NCBI GenBank assembly: GCA_963760625.1
Contig: CAVXDU010000002.1
Coordinates: forward strand, 670,068-734,067
Reading direction: 5' to 3'
DNA from: an uncultured Chloroflexia bacterium
Lineage (GTDB): Bacteria > Chloroflexota > Limnocylindria > Limnocylindrales > CSP1-4
DNA length: 64,000 bases
The translations under genes and the position numbers were made by a program. Each line of letters begins with the position of its first letter. Positions within the stretch are counted from its first letter, which is position 1. Positions 41,512 to 56,851 of this stretch are shown here, one piece after another. The notes under the pieces are model-generated. The model searched no databases. It was not told where the DNA came from and saw only the letters and a list, made by a program, of their open reading frames with translations.

Positions 41512-41706
41512 ATGAGCGAGCGGCGCCGGGAGCCCCCATGCGTCGTGTCGTACGCGATGAGCAGGAGGGTTGGCGCCATGGTCGAAGATGACGTGCTGTA
41601 TCGGCTGCGGCTGTTTGACCTGGCGGGACAGCTCGGCAAACGTGCGAGACGAATCGGATCTTCGGGGGTCCAAGCGGCGTACGTCGTCAACCTCGGGCGC
41701 GCGTGA
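41512..41706 (+). CDS. small hypothetical ORF (64 aa)
   Basis: Good RBS gggagg 9 nt upstream of ATG 41512. Coding-like GC3 in the first half. No similarity recognised. Lies in a convergent intergenic region. Confidence 0.25.
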   Translation: MSERRREPPCVVSYAMSRRVGAMVEDDVLYRLRLFDLAGQLGKRARRIGSSGVQAAYVVNLGRA

Positions 41707-41774
41707 GTCCGTAGCGACGACCTCGAACCGCGACGCCTGGGCGCGGCGAGTGATCGCGGCACCGATGCAGCCGC

Positions 41775-44059
41775 TCAGGCCGGGGCCGGGCCCTCTGAGT
41801 CGAGCAGCAGGGCCAGCAGCGCACGGACCTCGGCCGGACCGGGGATCCGGAAACGGGCTCGGGTAGAGCCGGGCCCAACCTTGATGGACCAGTCGGCGGC
41901 CGAGAGCCGATCGAACAGATCTTCGTCCGTCCTGTCGTCTCCGATCGCGATGGTGAGGTCCGCCGCTGGGAACTGCGATGCCAGGCGATCGAGTGCCTCG
42001 CCCTTGTGCGCCCACGCGAAGCGCACCTCTACGACCTTGTTGCCGAGCAGGATCGTCAGGTCGGTCCCGGCGACCAGCGCGTGCAGCGTGTCTGCCAGCT
42101 CCTTGCCCAACCACTCCCCGAACTCGGGATCCGCCTGACGGTAATGCCAGGCGAGCGACAACGACTTCTCCTCGATGGTGCTCCCCGGTGTGCGAGCGAC
42201 GAAGTGGTCCAGCACGGGGCGGACCTGATCCTTCCAGCCATCGTCGGCACCCTGATGCAGCGGCGACCAGTCGAGGTCACCTGGCGCCCGTAGGACGGCC
42301 CCATGCTCGGCGGCCAGCCAGAGCCCGTCCACATGACCGAACCATCGGTCCAGGTCTTTCGGGTGCCGCCCCGAGACCAGGAGCACGGCCGTGCCGGGCA
42401 ATCGCGCGAGACGGCCCAGGATGTCGTCGAGTCCTGGCGTCGGAACGGCATCCTGAGGCCTTGGGGTGATAGGCACGAGTGTGCCGTCGTAGTCCAGGCA
42501 TACCAGGCTGCGCTCGGCGGCGCTGAACGCTGCGCACAACTCCGCGATCGGCAGCGGGAGCGCTTCGGATGACCGGTCGGCGACTCGCTCGTCGGAGGCC
42601 TCGCGCAGGACCCCCAGGAAGGAGGCCGCCCAGGCACGGGCATCGCCGCGGCGCACACGCTCATGCAGCGCCGCCATCCGGTCACGACGCTCCTCGTCGG
42701 GCATGTCCAGGGCACGCTCGAGCGACTCCGCGCTGCCTACCTCGTCGTACGGGTTCACCCGGATGGCCTCCGCCATCTCCTGGGCGGCTCCGGCGAACTC
42801 ACTGATCACAAGCACGCCGGATTGTCCATCCTGGCACGTCACGTACTCTTTCGCGACCAGGTTCATGCCGTCACGGAGTGGTGAGACCCAGGCAATGTCC
42901 GCCGCCGCATAGAAGGCCGCCAGCTCCCTCCGCGGCACCGATCGGCGCAGGTACACGACCGGCGCCCATTCCGGCGTCGCGAACTCCCCGATTATCTCGC
43001 CCACGAGTTCGCTGACCTCCCGACGGAGCTCCTGGTATGCCGGCACTTGCTCACGCGTAGGGACGGCGACCTGGATGAGGGTGACGCGTCCGCGTCGTTC
43101 CGGGGACGCCCGGAGCAGGCGGCGATACGTCCGCAACCGCTCGGGGATCCCCTTCGTATAGTCGAGTCGGTCGACGGACAGGATGATCTGGCGCGACCCA
43201 TGACGGGACCGCAGCTGTCGGATCCGGCGACCCGTGGCAGGATCGTCGTGGATCAGCTGCGTCCACTCGTCGCGCACGACGCCGATGGGTAACGCCTCCA
43301 AGCGCACCACGCGGTCGCCTACCTCGACCCGGTCCATCTGGCTGTCGAGCCCCAGCCACAGCAGGAGCGCCCGCCGGAAGTTGTGTAGATGGCTGTGCGT
43401 CTGGAACGCGATGACGTCCGCCCCGAGCAGGCCGCGCAACAACTGCTCACGCTGGGGCACGATACCGAACACCTCCGACGACGGGAACGGCACATGCAGG
43501 AAGAAACCGATCCGCGCGTCAGGCGCCTCCTGGCGGACCAGCTCCGGTACCAGGAAGAGCTGGTAGTCGTGGATCCATACCAGGTCGCTCGGACGATGTC
43601 GCACCAAGGTGGTCTCGGCAAATCTGAGGTTGGCTGCACGATAGGCGATCCATGACTCCGGATCGAATACCACGAGGGTCGGGAAGCCGTGCAGCAGCGG
43701 CCACAACGTGTCGTTCGCGTAGCCCTCGTAGAAGGAACTCGATAGCTCGAGTGGCAGGTCAACCGACACGTACCCGTGGCGGACCTCCCAATCGGCCAGG
43801 AGACGTCGCTGACCGGCCGGATCGTCCGCGGATGCACCCCCGGGCCAGCCGATCCACAACCCGTGGCTGTCGTTCATCAGGGGACCAAGGGCGGCCACCA
43901 GGCCGCCGGAACTCACCTCGGCCCGCCATCGTCGGCCGGACCGACGGGCAGTCAGCGGCAGGCGATTGGCGACGATCAGCAGGCGCTCGTCGAAGGGCGG
44001 TTCCATTCCGGGACGGTAGCTCGGGCCATGGCCCGTGGACGGTCGTGCCGATCGCGTGG

Positions 44060-44063
<4 letters not shown>
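41775..44063 (-). CDS. otsAB: bifunctional trehalose-6-phosphate synthase / trehalose-6-phosphate phosphatase (OtsA-OtsB fusion)
   Basis: Intact 762 aa. GT20 N-terminal domain ([49 protein letters not shown]) and HAD phosphatase C-terminal domain ([37 protein letters not shown]). Confidence 0.9.
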
Positions 44064-47398
<3,335 letters not shown>

Positions 47399-47573
47399 GG
47401 ACGTGCCGTTCGCGCTGGCCGCCCGCGCCGGCGGCCGGGCCCCGGAGCCAAGAGGATGGTGTCCATCTCACGTCACCGCGAGCATATCCTGTGCTGAGCC
47501 ACCTCGTGCCATCTGTCCTTGCGCCGACCGACAGCGGATGCCGGTCGTTGGGATGGCCCCGGTCCGACGTTGC

Positions 47574-48500
47574 TCAGGGCGGCGGGAGTTCATCAAGCGC
47601 ACCGATGATCCCTTCCGCGACCCGGGTCTTCATCTCGACCATTGACTCCGGGCTGTAGAAGGCCGCATGCGGAGTGAGCACGACGTTGGGCAGGGACAGC
47701 AGGGGATCATCGGCGGCGATCGGCTCATGCTCCAGGACGTCCAGCGCCGCCCCGCCCAGATGACCGGAGCGGAGCGCCTGCACGAGCGCGGCCTGGTCGA
47801 CGAGGCCGCCGCGGGACGTGTTCACCAGCAGGGCACCGGGCTTCATGCGCGCCAGCGCGGTCGCATCGAGCAGGTGGCGGGTCGACGGATCGAGCCAGGG
47901 GTGCAGGCTCACGATGTCGCTGGTCGCGAGCAGCTCGTCGAGGTCCATGCGGCGCACCTCGTCGACGTCCGACGCGCGTGGGTCCGAGGCAACGACCTCG
48001 AATCGCAGCGCCTGCGCCCGACGAGCGGTCGCGGCCCCGATACGCCCCAGGCCGATGATGCCCAGACGCATGCCGCTCGCGCGGCGAAGCTCCCCGCCGC
48101 GACGGAAGTCCCACGTGCCCGCATGGATGGCGCGATCGAGGAACGTGATCCCCCGGCTGAGTGCCAGCACCAGGCCGATGGCGTGGTCGGCCACCTCGTC
48201 GATACAGTAGTCGGGCACGTTGACGACCTTGATGCCGTGCCGCGCGGCCGCTGGCAGCTCGATATTGTCCAGGCTGACACCGTACCTGCCCACGACCCGG
48301 AAGCCAGGTAGCGCCGCCATGACCGCGTCCGTGATGGGTGCGTACTGGGCCAGCAGCGCCGTAGCTCCCTGTCCGGCCGCCACGACGTCCTCCGCGGTCC
48401 GGCACTGCGCCAGCACCACATCGTGGCCGGCCGCGACGAAGATCGCCCGTTCCAGCTCGATACTCGGATGATCGCAATCGGTGATCACGATCAGGCTCAT
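47574..48500 (-). CDS. D-isomer-specific 2-hydroxyacid dehydrogenase family protein
   Basis: Intact 308 aa. NAD-binding GIIGLGRIGAATARRAQALRFEVVASD. Catalytic region LHPWLDPSTRHLLD...LVNTSRGGLVDQAALVQAL...TPHAAF. Confidence 0.85.
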   Translation of the reverse strand: MSLIVITDCDHPSIELERAIFVAAGHDVVLAQCRTAEDVVAAGQGATALLAQYAPITDAVMAALPGFRVVGRYGVSLDNIELPAAARHGIKVVNVPDYCIDEVADHAIGLVLALSRGITFLDRAIHAGTWDFRRGGELRRASGMRLGIIGLGRIGAATARRAQALRFEVVASDPRASDVDEVRRMDLDELLATSDIVSLHPWLDPSTRHLLDATALARMKPGALLVNTSRGGLVDQAALVQALRSGHLGGAALDVLEHEPIAADDPLLSLPNVVLTPHAAFYSPESMVEMKTRVAEGIIGALDELPPP

Positions 48501-49543
48501 GCCGCGCTCCCTGAGGTCCCGGTCGGGTCGATGACCGCCTTGACGACCATGCGTCCCTCCACGGCCCGGAATGCGGTCGCCCAGTCGGCGAGCGGGAAGT
48601 AGGTGGGCAGTGTCGCCGCATCCTCGGCCACCCGACCGAGGAGGGTGAGTGCTGGCTGCCAGGCGTCGTAGCTGGAACTCATGGTGAACGCCAGGTCGGC
48701 GTCGCGGGTCGTGGCGAAGTCCCAGCGGACATCGATCGATGGCAGCCCGGACAGCCCGATCGCGGCGATCCGGCCACGTCGGCGGACGCCATCGAACGCG
48801 GCCGCTACGCCGGCGCCCGTGCCAGTCGCCTCGAGCACCACGTCAGCACCCCTTCCGTTGGTCCGGGCCCGCAGGAACCCGCCCGCCTGGTCGGCGGTGG
48901 TAGTGGCGAACCCGAGCTGACGGGCCGTCTCCAGTCGGGCGCCATCGGTGCGTCCGGCGACGATGACATCCGCCGCCGCGGATGATCGTGCGGCGAGGGC
49001 CGCGAGCAGCCCGACCGGCCCCGGTCCCACGATGAGCACGACGTCCCCCGCGGCCAGATGCGCCCGGCGGAGAGCGGTCACCGTCACCGCCATCGGTTCC
49101 GCGAGCACCGCGACCTCGTCGGACAGGTCATCCGGCACCCGATGGAGGAGCCACGTAGGCACGACGACGTGTGACGCGAACGCGCCGTGGATGCCCCAGC
49201 CCGGCGACCGCTTCGAGGCACATATCTCCGGGTTGCCGCCGCGGCACAGGAAGCACACGTGGCATGCGGAAGCATGCGGCTCGACGACCACACGCGCACC
49301 CACCAGAGCCTGATCCACATCGTCGCCCAGCCGCTCCACCGTGCCGGTGAACTCGTGGCCAAGGATGACCGGCGGATACGACTGGAAGTGATCGTCGCGG
49401 ATGTGGATGTCCGTGCCACATATGCCGGCATACCGGACACGGATGACTACCTCGCCCGGCCCGGGTTCACACATGTCGACGTCACGCAGCTCCAACTGGG
49501 TGTTGCCAGGCGCGACCTTCACGAGCCCGATCATGCGGGGCAC
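48497..49543 (-). CDS. zinc-dependent alcohol/polyol dehydrogenase (MDR superfamily)
   Basis: Intact 348 aa. GICGTDIHI, GHEFTGTV, structural-Zn Cys cluster CHVCFLCRGGNPEIC, NAD-binding LIVGPGPVGLLAALAA. Confidence 0.85.
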   Translation of the reverse strand: MPRMIGLVKVAPGNTQLELRDVDMCEPGPGEVVIRVRYAGICGTDIHIRDDHFQSYPPVILGHEFTGTVERLGDDVDQALVGARVVVEPHASACHVCFLCRGGNPEICASKRSPGWGIHGAFASHVVVPTWLLHRVPDDLSDEVAVLAEPMAVTVTALRRAHLAAGDVVLIVGPGPVGLLAALAARSSAAADVIVAGRTDGARLETARQLGFATTTADQAGGFLRARTNGRGADVVLEATGTGAGVAAAFDGVRRRGRIAAIGLSGLPSIDVRWDFATTRDADLAFTMSSSYDAWQPALTLLGRVAEDAATLPTYFPLADWATAFRAVEGRMVVKAVIDPTGTSGSAA

Positions 49544-50525
49544 TCCACCACATACTTCATGCCCTGCCCCGCCCGCAGCATCTCGATGGTCACCTGGACC
49601 TGGTCAGGTGCGACCGTTCCACTCATCAGCGGTCGCAGTGACTCCTGGTCCGATTCCAGGATCCCGATCGCGGTGTCGATATCGGCGGGCAGGTACGTCC
49701 GATGACCCACGATCGTCAGCTCCTTGAACACCACGGCCTGGAGATCGATGGCTGTCGGCTCGGCATATGTGCCAACGATCGCGATGGTGCCCGTCGGCTG
49801 CGCCAGTTGCGTGAGCATGCCGGCGACCGGGGTCGCTGCCGCGGCATCGAATACCACCGAGGCCAGTCGGCCGTCAGTGCGATCGAGGATGTCCGCGACC
49901 GGCGAAGCCGCATCGAGCAGCTCGAACCCGAGCGCGTCCGCGATGGCTCGCCTCGATGGCGACGGCTCGGAGACGACGACCCGGCCACCCGCACGTCGGG
50001 CCACGTGGGCCAGGAGGAGGCCGACCGGTCCGCCACCGACGACGACCACGAGCCGGCCGAGCACCGGCGGCACTCGTCGCACGACGTGGACGGCGACTGC
50101 GAGCGGCTCCGCCAGTGGCGCGATATCGGCGGGGATGGCAGGACGGGACGAGGTGCAGCCGATCCTCCGCGACCACCACGCGGCCGGCGAGGGCACCGTC
50201 CCTGTCGATGCCGATGAGCCGCAGGCGTGCGCAGGCGTTCGACGTGCCGATGTCGCAGGCCGGACAAGAACCGCAGGGCAGCAGGGGGTCGATGAGCACG
50301 GTCTGGCCGGCCAGCCGCCCCGTGACGCGGGACGCCCACGAACTCGTGGCCGATGGCCAGCGGGAAGACCGCGCGAGGGTGGCTGCCGTCGGCGATGTGC
50401 AGGTCCGTGCCACACAGCCCCGAGAACAGCGCCTGGACGATCACCTCGCCAGTCGCGGCGATCGGATCCGTGGCATCGGCCCATTCGAAGCGCCCGGGCT
50501 CGACGAGCAGCAGCTTGCGGCTCAC
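49531..50525 (-). CDS. second zinc-dependent alcohol/polyol dehydrogenase (MDR), frameshifted
   Basis: GLCGTDLHIADGSHPRAVFPLAIGHEFVG. PLAEPLAVAVHVVRRVPPVLGRLVVVVGGGPVGLLLAHVARRAGGRVVVSEPSPSRRAIADALGF...KYVVECPA. Confidence 0.65.
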
Positions 50526-50567
50526 TGGCTCACCGACGCTGTGGGCGCAGCGGGACGGATGTGTCCC

Positions 50568-51627
50568 TCATCGGTTCACCCGGGCCCCGCCACCCCGGAC
50601 GAGCCGCTCGACCTCGTCCAGCGTCGCCATGGATGTGTCGCCAGGTGTGGTCATGGCGAGCGCGCCATGCGCGGCGCCATATTCGAGCGCCTCAGTCACC
50701 GGCTTGCCGGCCAGGAGGCCGTAGATGAGGCCCGATGCAAAGGAGTCACCGCCGCCGATGCGGTCAAGGATGTCGAGGTCGGGTCTGAATGTCGCCTGGT
50801 GGAACGACCCGCCCGCCAGTGCCACGGCACCCCAGTCGTTGCGGCTCGCGGTCCGGGCGACCCGCAACGTCGCCGCGATGAGCGACGAGGTTGGGATACC
50901 GTTCGGCCACCGCTTCGAGGACCGGACGGTATGCGGCGGGGTCGATGTCCTGGTAGTCCGGGTCGACACCGTGGGCGCGATACCGAGCGCCGCGGAGTAG
51001 TCCTCCTCATTGCCGATGACCACGTCCACCGAGCGGACCAATTCCTGCATGGTTGCCCGGGCGGCCGCAGGACCGCCGCGTGATAGCCACAGCGATGCTC
51101 GGAAGTTGAGGTCGAAGGAGACCAGGGCACCCGCAGCATGGGCCGCGTCGACGGCCTCCCGCACCACGGCCGGAGTCGTCCCCGACAGGCCCGCGAAGAT
51201 ACCGCCGGTGTGCAGCCAGCGGGCACCCTCCACGCCGAAGATGCACCCCAATCCAGATCGCCCGGGACCACCTGCGACGCGGCGGAGTTTGCCCGATCGG
51301 AGACGCCTACGGCGGCCCGGACGCCATAGCCACGCTCGGTGAAGTTCAGCCCGTTGCGGACCGACAGACCGATGCCGTCGTATGCGACCCACCGGATGTG
51401 GCTGGTATCGACGCCGCCCTGGAGGATGAGGTCCTCGATGAGCCTACCGACGGGGTTGTCCGCGAGGGCTGTGGCCACGGTCGTGCGGAGCCCAAAGCAG
51501 CGACGCAGGCCACGAGCTACGTTGTACTCGCCACCCCCCTCCCATGCGCGGAATGTGCGGGACGTATGGATCCGTCGACTCGCCCGGGTCCAGGCGGAGC
51601 ATGATCTCGCCCAGTGCCACCAGGTCC
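50568..51627 (-). CDS. kdgK: PfkB-family sugar kinase (2-dehydro-3-deoxygluconokinase-like), frameshifted
   Basis: N-terminal ALGEIMLRLDPGE...AWEGGGEYNVARGLRRCFGL. LVSFDLNFRASLW, DVVIGNEEDY, ILDRIGGGDSFASGLIYGLLAG, HGALAMTTPGD. Confidence 0.7.
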
Positions 51628-51665
51628 CAACGACCCGGCGACGCGGGCAGGATGGCGAGCGTTCA

Positions 51666-52340
51666 ATGCGGGTACCGCTCACCGGGGCACGCCAGGGTCG
51701 GCTCCCGGATAGCCCGCACTGCCGTGACGGCCTCAGCTGCCAGCTTGGTGACAGTCGCCCAATCTCCCGCGGCCAGAAGGTCGGGGCGGACCATCCAGCT
51801 GCCGCCCACCGCGAGGACGTTCGGCAGCCCCAGGTATCCACCAGAGGTCGGCGAGGCCGATGCCACCAGTGGGGATGAACCGGACCGCTGGGAATGGCCC
51901 ACCGAGCGCCGAGAGGTGGGCGAGGCCACCGGACGTACCCGCTGGAAAGAACTTGACGTCCGTGATGCCCGCGTCGATGGCACGCATGAGCTCCGTCGGC
52001 GTCACGACGCCCGGGAACACCGGCACGCCACGCGCGAGACACCGGGCGACGACCGTGTCCCCGAACCCGGGCATCACGATGAACTGCGCGCCTGCGTCGA
52101 TGGCACGGTCCGCCTGCTCCACCGAGAGAACCGTGCCGGCGCCCACCAGCAGCTCCGGCAGCCGCGCCACGCATCAGCGGTGATGGCCTCGATGCCCGCC
52201 GACGTGCGGAGCGTGATCTCCGCACAGCCCAGCCCGGCGTCCAGCAACGCGTCGCCCAGCGCCGACCCATCCCGGGCCCGCCCGATCGACACCACAGGTA
52301 CGACACCGTGGATGCGGATGCGATCACGAACGTCCAACGA
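51666..52340 (-). CDS. eda: 2-dehydro-3-deoxyphosphogluconate (KDPG)/KHG aldolase, one frameshift
   Basis: IRIHGVVPVVSIGRARDGSALGDALLDAGLGCAEITLRT, LVGAGTVLSVEQADRAIDAGAQFIVMPGFGDTVVARCLARGVPVFPGVVTPTELMRAIDAGITDVKFFPAGTSGG, LPNVLAVGGSWMV. Confidence 0.75.
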
Positions 52341-52406
52341 CCTAACCCTGTTCCAGTTCTGTTGCTGGTGTGCCCTGCAGCAGGGAGGCGACTCCGTCAC
52401 GCAGGT

Positions 52407-52432
52407 CATCCGATGTTTGGATGATACCGGAC
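52407..52432. promoter_or_regulatory. operator-like motif CATCCGATGtttgGATGATACCGGAC upstream of eda, sharing a 13-mer with the gntR/ABC intergenic site at 1398-1419
   Basis: GATGATACCGGAC and CATCCGATG both occur at 1401-1419. Site lies 70-90 bp upstream of the eda start. Confidence 0.4.
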
Positions 52433-52458
52433 GCACGTGTCTCTATGCTGGCCAGGGC

Positions 52459-52938
52459 TCAAGGTCTGCTTGGGATCGGCCGTCCTTCGAACACCTCGAT
52501 GGCCGTCAGCAGGTCCAGGGGTATGCGAGTCGCACGCGCCGCCCCGATATCGAACATCACCTGTGTCGTGTCGCCATCGGCGATCAGGCGGGCGGGTGCG
52601 ATCGGCCCGCCCTCGGACAGTACCCGGTACTCGAGCCCGAAGGACGACCGGGATGCCCAGCCGACCCGAGCCTCCACCATCAGCGGCTCCCCAAAGAACG
52701 CCGGCTGACGATAGACGACGCGCGCCTCAGCGACGACGAAGGTATGGCGCATGGAATCTGGTCCGGTGCCGAACGGGCGCCCGGCGACCGCCGCGTAATA
52801 CCCGGCACGCGCTGCCTCGAAATAGGCCAGGTATGTCGCGTTATTGACATGCCCCAGGGCATCCGTGTCCCCGTAGCGGACTTCGACCGGGTGCCGGTAC
52901 CGGAACGCTCCCCCGACGGGTTGCCGGCGGCCGCTCAT
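52459..52938 (-). CDS. acyl-CoA thioesterase (hotdog fold, 4HBT/YbgC-like)
   Basis: FRYRHPVEVRYGDTDALGHVNNATYLAYFEAARAGYY...VVAEARVVYRQPAFFGEPLMVEARV. Confidence 0.7.
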   Translation of the reverse strand: MSGRRQPVGGAFRYRHPVEVRYGDTDALGHVNNATYLAYFEAARAGYYAAVAGRPFGTGPDSMRHTFVVAEARVVYRQPAFFGEPLMVEARVGWASRSSFGLEYRVLSEGGPIAPARLIADGDTTQVMFDIGAARATRIPLDLLTAIEVFEGRPIPSRP

Positions 52939-52961
52939 ATGGTCGTCATTCGCCGATGCGT

Positions 52962-54721
52962 TCAGTCGGCCGCGCCGCCGAGCGCCTCGATGATCGCCTT
53001 GGACAACACCGCGACGTCCGGTGAGCCAAGCCCCGTCGCCCGGTCCCAGCCCGGGGTGGCCGAGTCCTGCAGGTTGCCGCCCCTGGTCACATCGTGGAAC
53101 GCCTCGGGGTGTGTCTGGGCGATCTTGTAGAACATGGGGGTCAGGAAGCCGAGCCGGTCGATGCCCGCCGCCTTCGCCTGTTGTTGCACGAGTGCCATGG
53201 CACCAGCCCAGAAGGGCGCCGATGCACTGGTGCCCCCGATGACGTGCCAGCTGGCGTCGCCGGTCTCCGGATCGGTGTGGAACAACAGGTAGCCCGTGTC
53301 CGGGTCGGCCGCCGCGGCGACGTCCGGGCACTGGCGGCCGACCGTCTGGTCCACACCAGCGACGCCCACCTGGAATGCGGGTAGTGGCTCGGCCGGTCCG
53401 TTGGGACCGACGAACGTGTTCACACCACCGCCCGTTCCGCTGGTCGTCAGGTAATCCTCCCAGCCCGTCTCGCGCAGGTGGGTTCCGTCGTCACGGACCT
53501 CCAGGAGCGTGCCTCCGACGCTGACGACGTTATCCGTGCAGGACGGGAAAGATGTCGACAGTTGGTTGTCCTTCCGGTCGAAGGCGTGACACGAAAAGGC
53601 GCCCTGATCACCCGACGCCACGAAGAAGCTCACACCGGCCTGAGCGGCGACCCGGAGCGCTGCTTGTGCCTCCTCGATCTGGGCCACGCTGATATAGCCG
53701 GGTGCATAGCACGAGCCATATGAGACCGATGCGACCTGGGCCTTGCCGTCGGCCACGATGGCGTCTATGGCTGTCCCGAAGGTCGTCGTCACGGGGAAGC
53801 CGTAGACCAGGATCTGGGCACCGGGCGCAACGGCACGCACGACCTGGGTGTCCAGGGTCGCCTCCGCGGCAAAGCGGTCCGGTGCCCGCTCGAGTCCACC
53901 ATTCACAGAGATCCGCTGTGGCGTGGGTCCATGGATGCCGAAGGTAGCGTCGTAGACCGCAAGGTCCTCATCGGTGTCGACGCCGTACTGGAGGATGGCC
54001 ACGGACGTTCCAGTCCCATCGTTGCCCTGGTCCCACAGCGCTCGGAACCCATAGGCGGCGGCAAGATCTGCCGGCTTCAGGCCCCGTGCAGGTGGTGCGG
54101 GCGCATCCGACGGGTTGATCGCGGGCACGGGCAGGAACCGGGACAGGCCCGTCACGCCCAGCACCGCGTCACTCATGTCACGAGGCACCGTCGGGTCGAC
54201 CCGGGATGCGTGATAGATCGTGTTCGTCCGCGGATCCTGGTACAGGTCGATGGTCAGGCCCAGAAATGACCCGACGCTGTCGGCGGTGCCGGCCACCACC
54301 AGGCGGGTCCGCTGGGGCGGCATCGAGACGACCTCCAGCCCCGCGCCCGTCAACTCACTCGTGATGCGGCTGATGGTCGCGTCAGTGGGGCCGAACCGAA
54401 GCCCACTCTCGGCGGCCGTCAGGTAGTGGCGATAGTCAGGCGACGATGGGTCGGCCATCGCGGCCAGATAGGCACGCGAGGCGGCCGGGTCACGTTCCGC
54501 GAGCACCAGGTTGATCTCCACCCGATCCGAGCGATCGGCCTCGCCCAGGTGCACCGGCGCGTACATCGGCGAGTCACCCGTCGCTGGCTCTTGACCCGTT
54601 GCAACGGCCGCAGGCACGAAGGTGCCGGCTGCCACAGACAGGCCCAGGATCGGCCCAAGCCAACCGTGCCGCCGCCGACGGGATGACGGTCGGCAGTGAG
54701 GTGCTCACTGGACGACCTCAT
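52962..54721 (-). CDS. secreted sedolisin-type serine peptidase (S53, kumamolisin-like) with pro-domain; probable N-terminal frameshift in the signal peptide
   Basis: Pro-kumamolisin activation domain (INLVLAERDPAASRAYLAAMADPSSPDYRHYLTAAE) and S53 catalytic domain (SGDQGAF..., GGTSASAPFWAGAMALV). The signal LGPILGLSVAAGTFVPAAVA is restored by a 1-nt change in a C-run near 54655. Confidence 0.8.
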
Positions 54722-56736
54722 CTGCGGGCCAGGTGAAGCTGTTGACCACTGAATCGGCCAAGCTCAGCCCGGCGTCCCGAAGATCCACGGGCGCCACCAT
54801 GGTCGCCATCACCGTGATGAGTCCATCCGTACTCGCCACGGACGCGACGCTCAGGACGGTGGACGGGCCCTGGGGCGTGTCGACGGTACCGCCGAACAAG
54901 CCGCCGACCCCCTGGTGGTAACCCAGGATGGGATGGCCCAGCAGCTTCCGGGCCTGATCGTCGTCGGCGGTGAAGCCCAGCATCAACCCCTTGAGCGAAT
55001 CCTGGCCTGCGTCGAACAGGCCCTGCGTATCGAACCGATCCGCGGGAGCGCCCTGGATGATGAGGCCGACCGCGCCTCCGAAGGCGGCCAGGGACAGATG
55101 GCCGTCATTCTGTTTGCTGATCGTCCAAATGTTCGGATCGAATTCCAGGCTGAACCCGAGAGCGTCGTCGTGGTACTTGGTCCGATCCGCGAACGGCGCG
55201 TACGCGGCGCCCCCATCGCCGATGGCAAGAGCGAGCGTGTCCGTGCTGCCCTGCGCCGAACCGGCGCAGGGCTGCGACTTGTCGGGGCAGTCGGGCTGGT
55301 CGTGGCCCTGGGACGTCACATAGGCCGACGCCGCCGCGATGGCGACTGCCCCCAGCATGATCACGGCGAACAGGACCAACACGGCCCCCGAGCCCAGCCA
55401 GCCATGTCGGGCCGGTGACGGGGAGGTCGTGATGGCCTCGCCGCCCTGAGCCGCGACCTCGGTCGCCTGATCAGGCACCGCCACGCCGCCCGCGAGGGCC
55501 GCGCCAGCAGCCACGCCCCTCGTCTTGGGCAAGGCCTTGAGGGACGCTCCGCAGTTGCCGCAGTAGGTGTGGCGTGGTGTCTCCCGACCGCACTCGGGGC
55601 AGGTGATCTCCGGACCGATGGCGATCTCGTCGGCTTCCTGGAGCAGACCGACATGGATCACGCGGCGCAACCACAGGAGCGCCGCGACCGCCAGCACCAC
55701 GGCTACCACGAGCGTCCCGATCTCTGGCAACAGCAATTGGGAAAGCGAGGCGGCCAGTAGCAGCCCGACGGCGATAGCGACGGCCACGACCGGACGACCC
55801 ACGGGGCCCAGCGCACCACGATCCGCGACCGGGGCGCGATAGCGGAGCCAGCATGCGCCGCACACGCCGCCGATGGCCCCAGCCGCGACGAGCGGCATCG
55901 CGACGCCGAGCACCAGCAGCCGGACGACCCACGGCACGACATCGCCGACCGGGCGCAAACCGCTGTCGAACAGGTCGAGCGCCGTGACCAGCGTCTGGGC
56001 CCCCACGAATGCCACGCCCGACGCGACCCCGAACGTGGCGCCGTCGAGGACATCATTGAACCGCTTGTGCGGCAACAGCACCAGTGGACCCGCGGCCATC
56101 AGGAGCACTGCGAGGATGGGCGCCACGACGCCCCTGAGCCACGGGAACGGGGTGCCACCGCCGCCGAAGACGGAATCCACCGATGATGCTGACCGCATGC
56201 GTGGGCACCAGGATGTCGAGGGTGTAACTGAACAGGACACCCACGAGGGCACCCCAGATGAAGGTCAGCAGGATGACCCGGATGGGCTCGTCCTCGTATA
56301 CATCGACGTCGTACAGGTAGATGATGGTGATGAGGGGTACCAGGATCCCCGCCGCCACGATGGCCACCGGAAACAGGCCCAACAGGGCGAGCGCCACGAC
56401 CAGCAGCGAGCCACCCAGCAGGGCGATCTGGAAGGTCCGGATCTCCTCCCTGGGCAGAGCTGGGAACAGCGTGGAAACGACGCGGACCGCCGATGCGCGC
56501 TCGCCCGGCATCGCCGCGTAGCTGTCACGGATCCGGCCCTCGCGGCCGCGACGCTGCTCGGGTCCGAGCGGATCCCCGCAGCGGACGCACCAGGCCAGGT
56601 CCGGCACATCCTCGCCGCATTGGTCACAGCGGATCGTGGATCGTTCCGAAGTCGGCGGTTCCGTGGGCCCGGACATCCCGGCGGGCGGCGGGACGGCGTC
56701 TGGCGCGGGAACGCCACCTGTCGTCGCGTCGTCCAC
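54705..56736 (-). CDS. polytopic membrane protein with two zinc-ribbon motifs and a PrsW-like transmembrane domain plus extracytoplasmic C-terminal domain, one frameshift
   Basis: N-terminal CDQCGEDVPDLAWCVRCG. TM block LLVVALALLGLFPVAIVAAGILVPLITIIYLYDVDVYEDEP...LLPHKRFNDVLDGATFGVASGVAFV (H-x-x-x-N as in PrsW proteases). Internal CPECGRETPRHTYCGNCG. Protease assignment tentative. Confidence 0.45.
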
Positions 56737-56851
56737 CTTGCCTCCTCGGGTCCTGGGTACGCCACCGCGTGATCGGGGGGACGCGTGTTCGTGATCGGCT
56801 CGCAGTCTCTCACGCAGCCACGTCGGCTGTCACCGTCGCCGGGTACCATCG

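Noticed and set aside
50696-52327. 543-aa minus-strand ORF spanning kdgK and eda
   Set aside because: A composite of two distinct genes (PfkB kinase and KDPG aldolase) linked through a stop-poor alternative frame.
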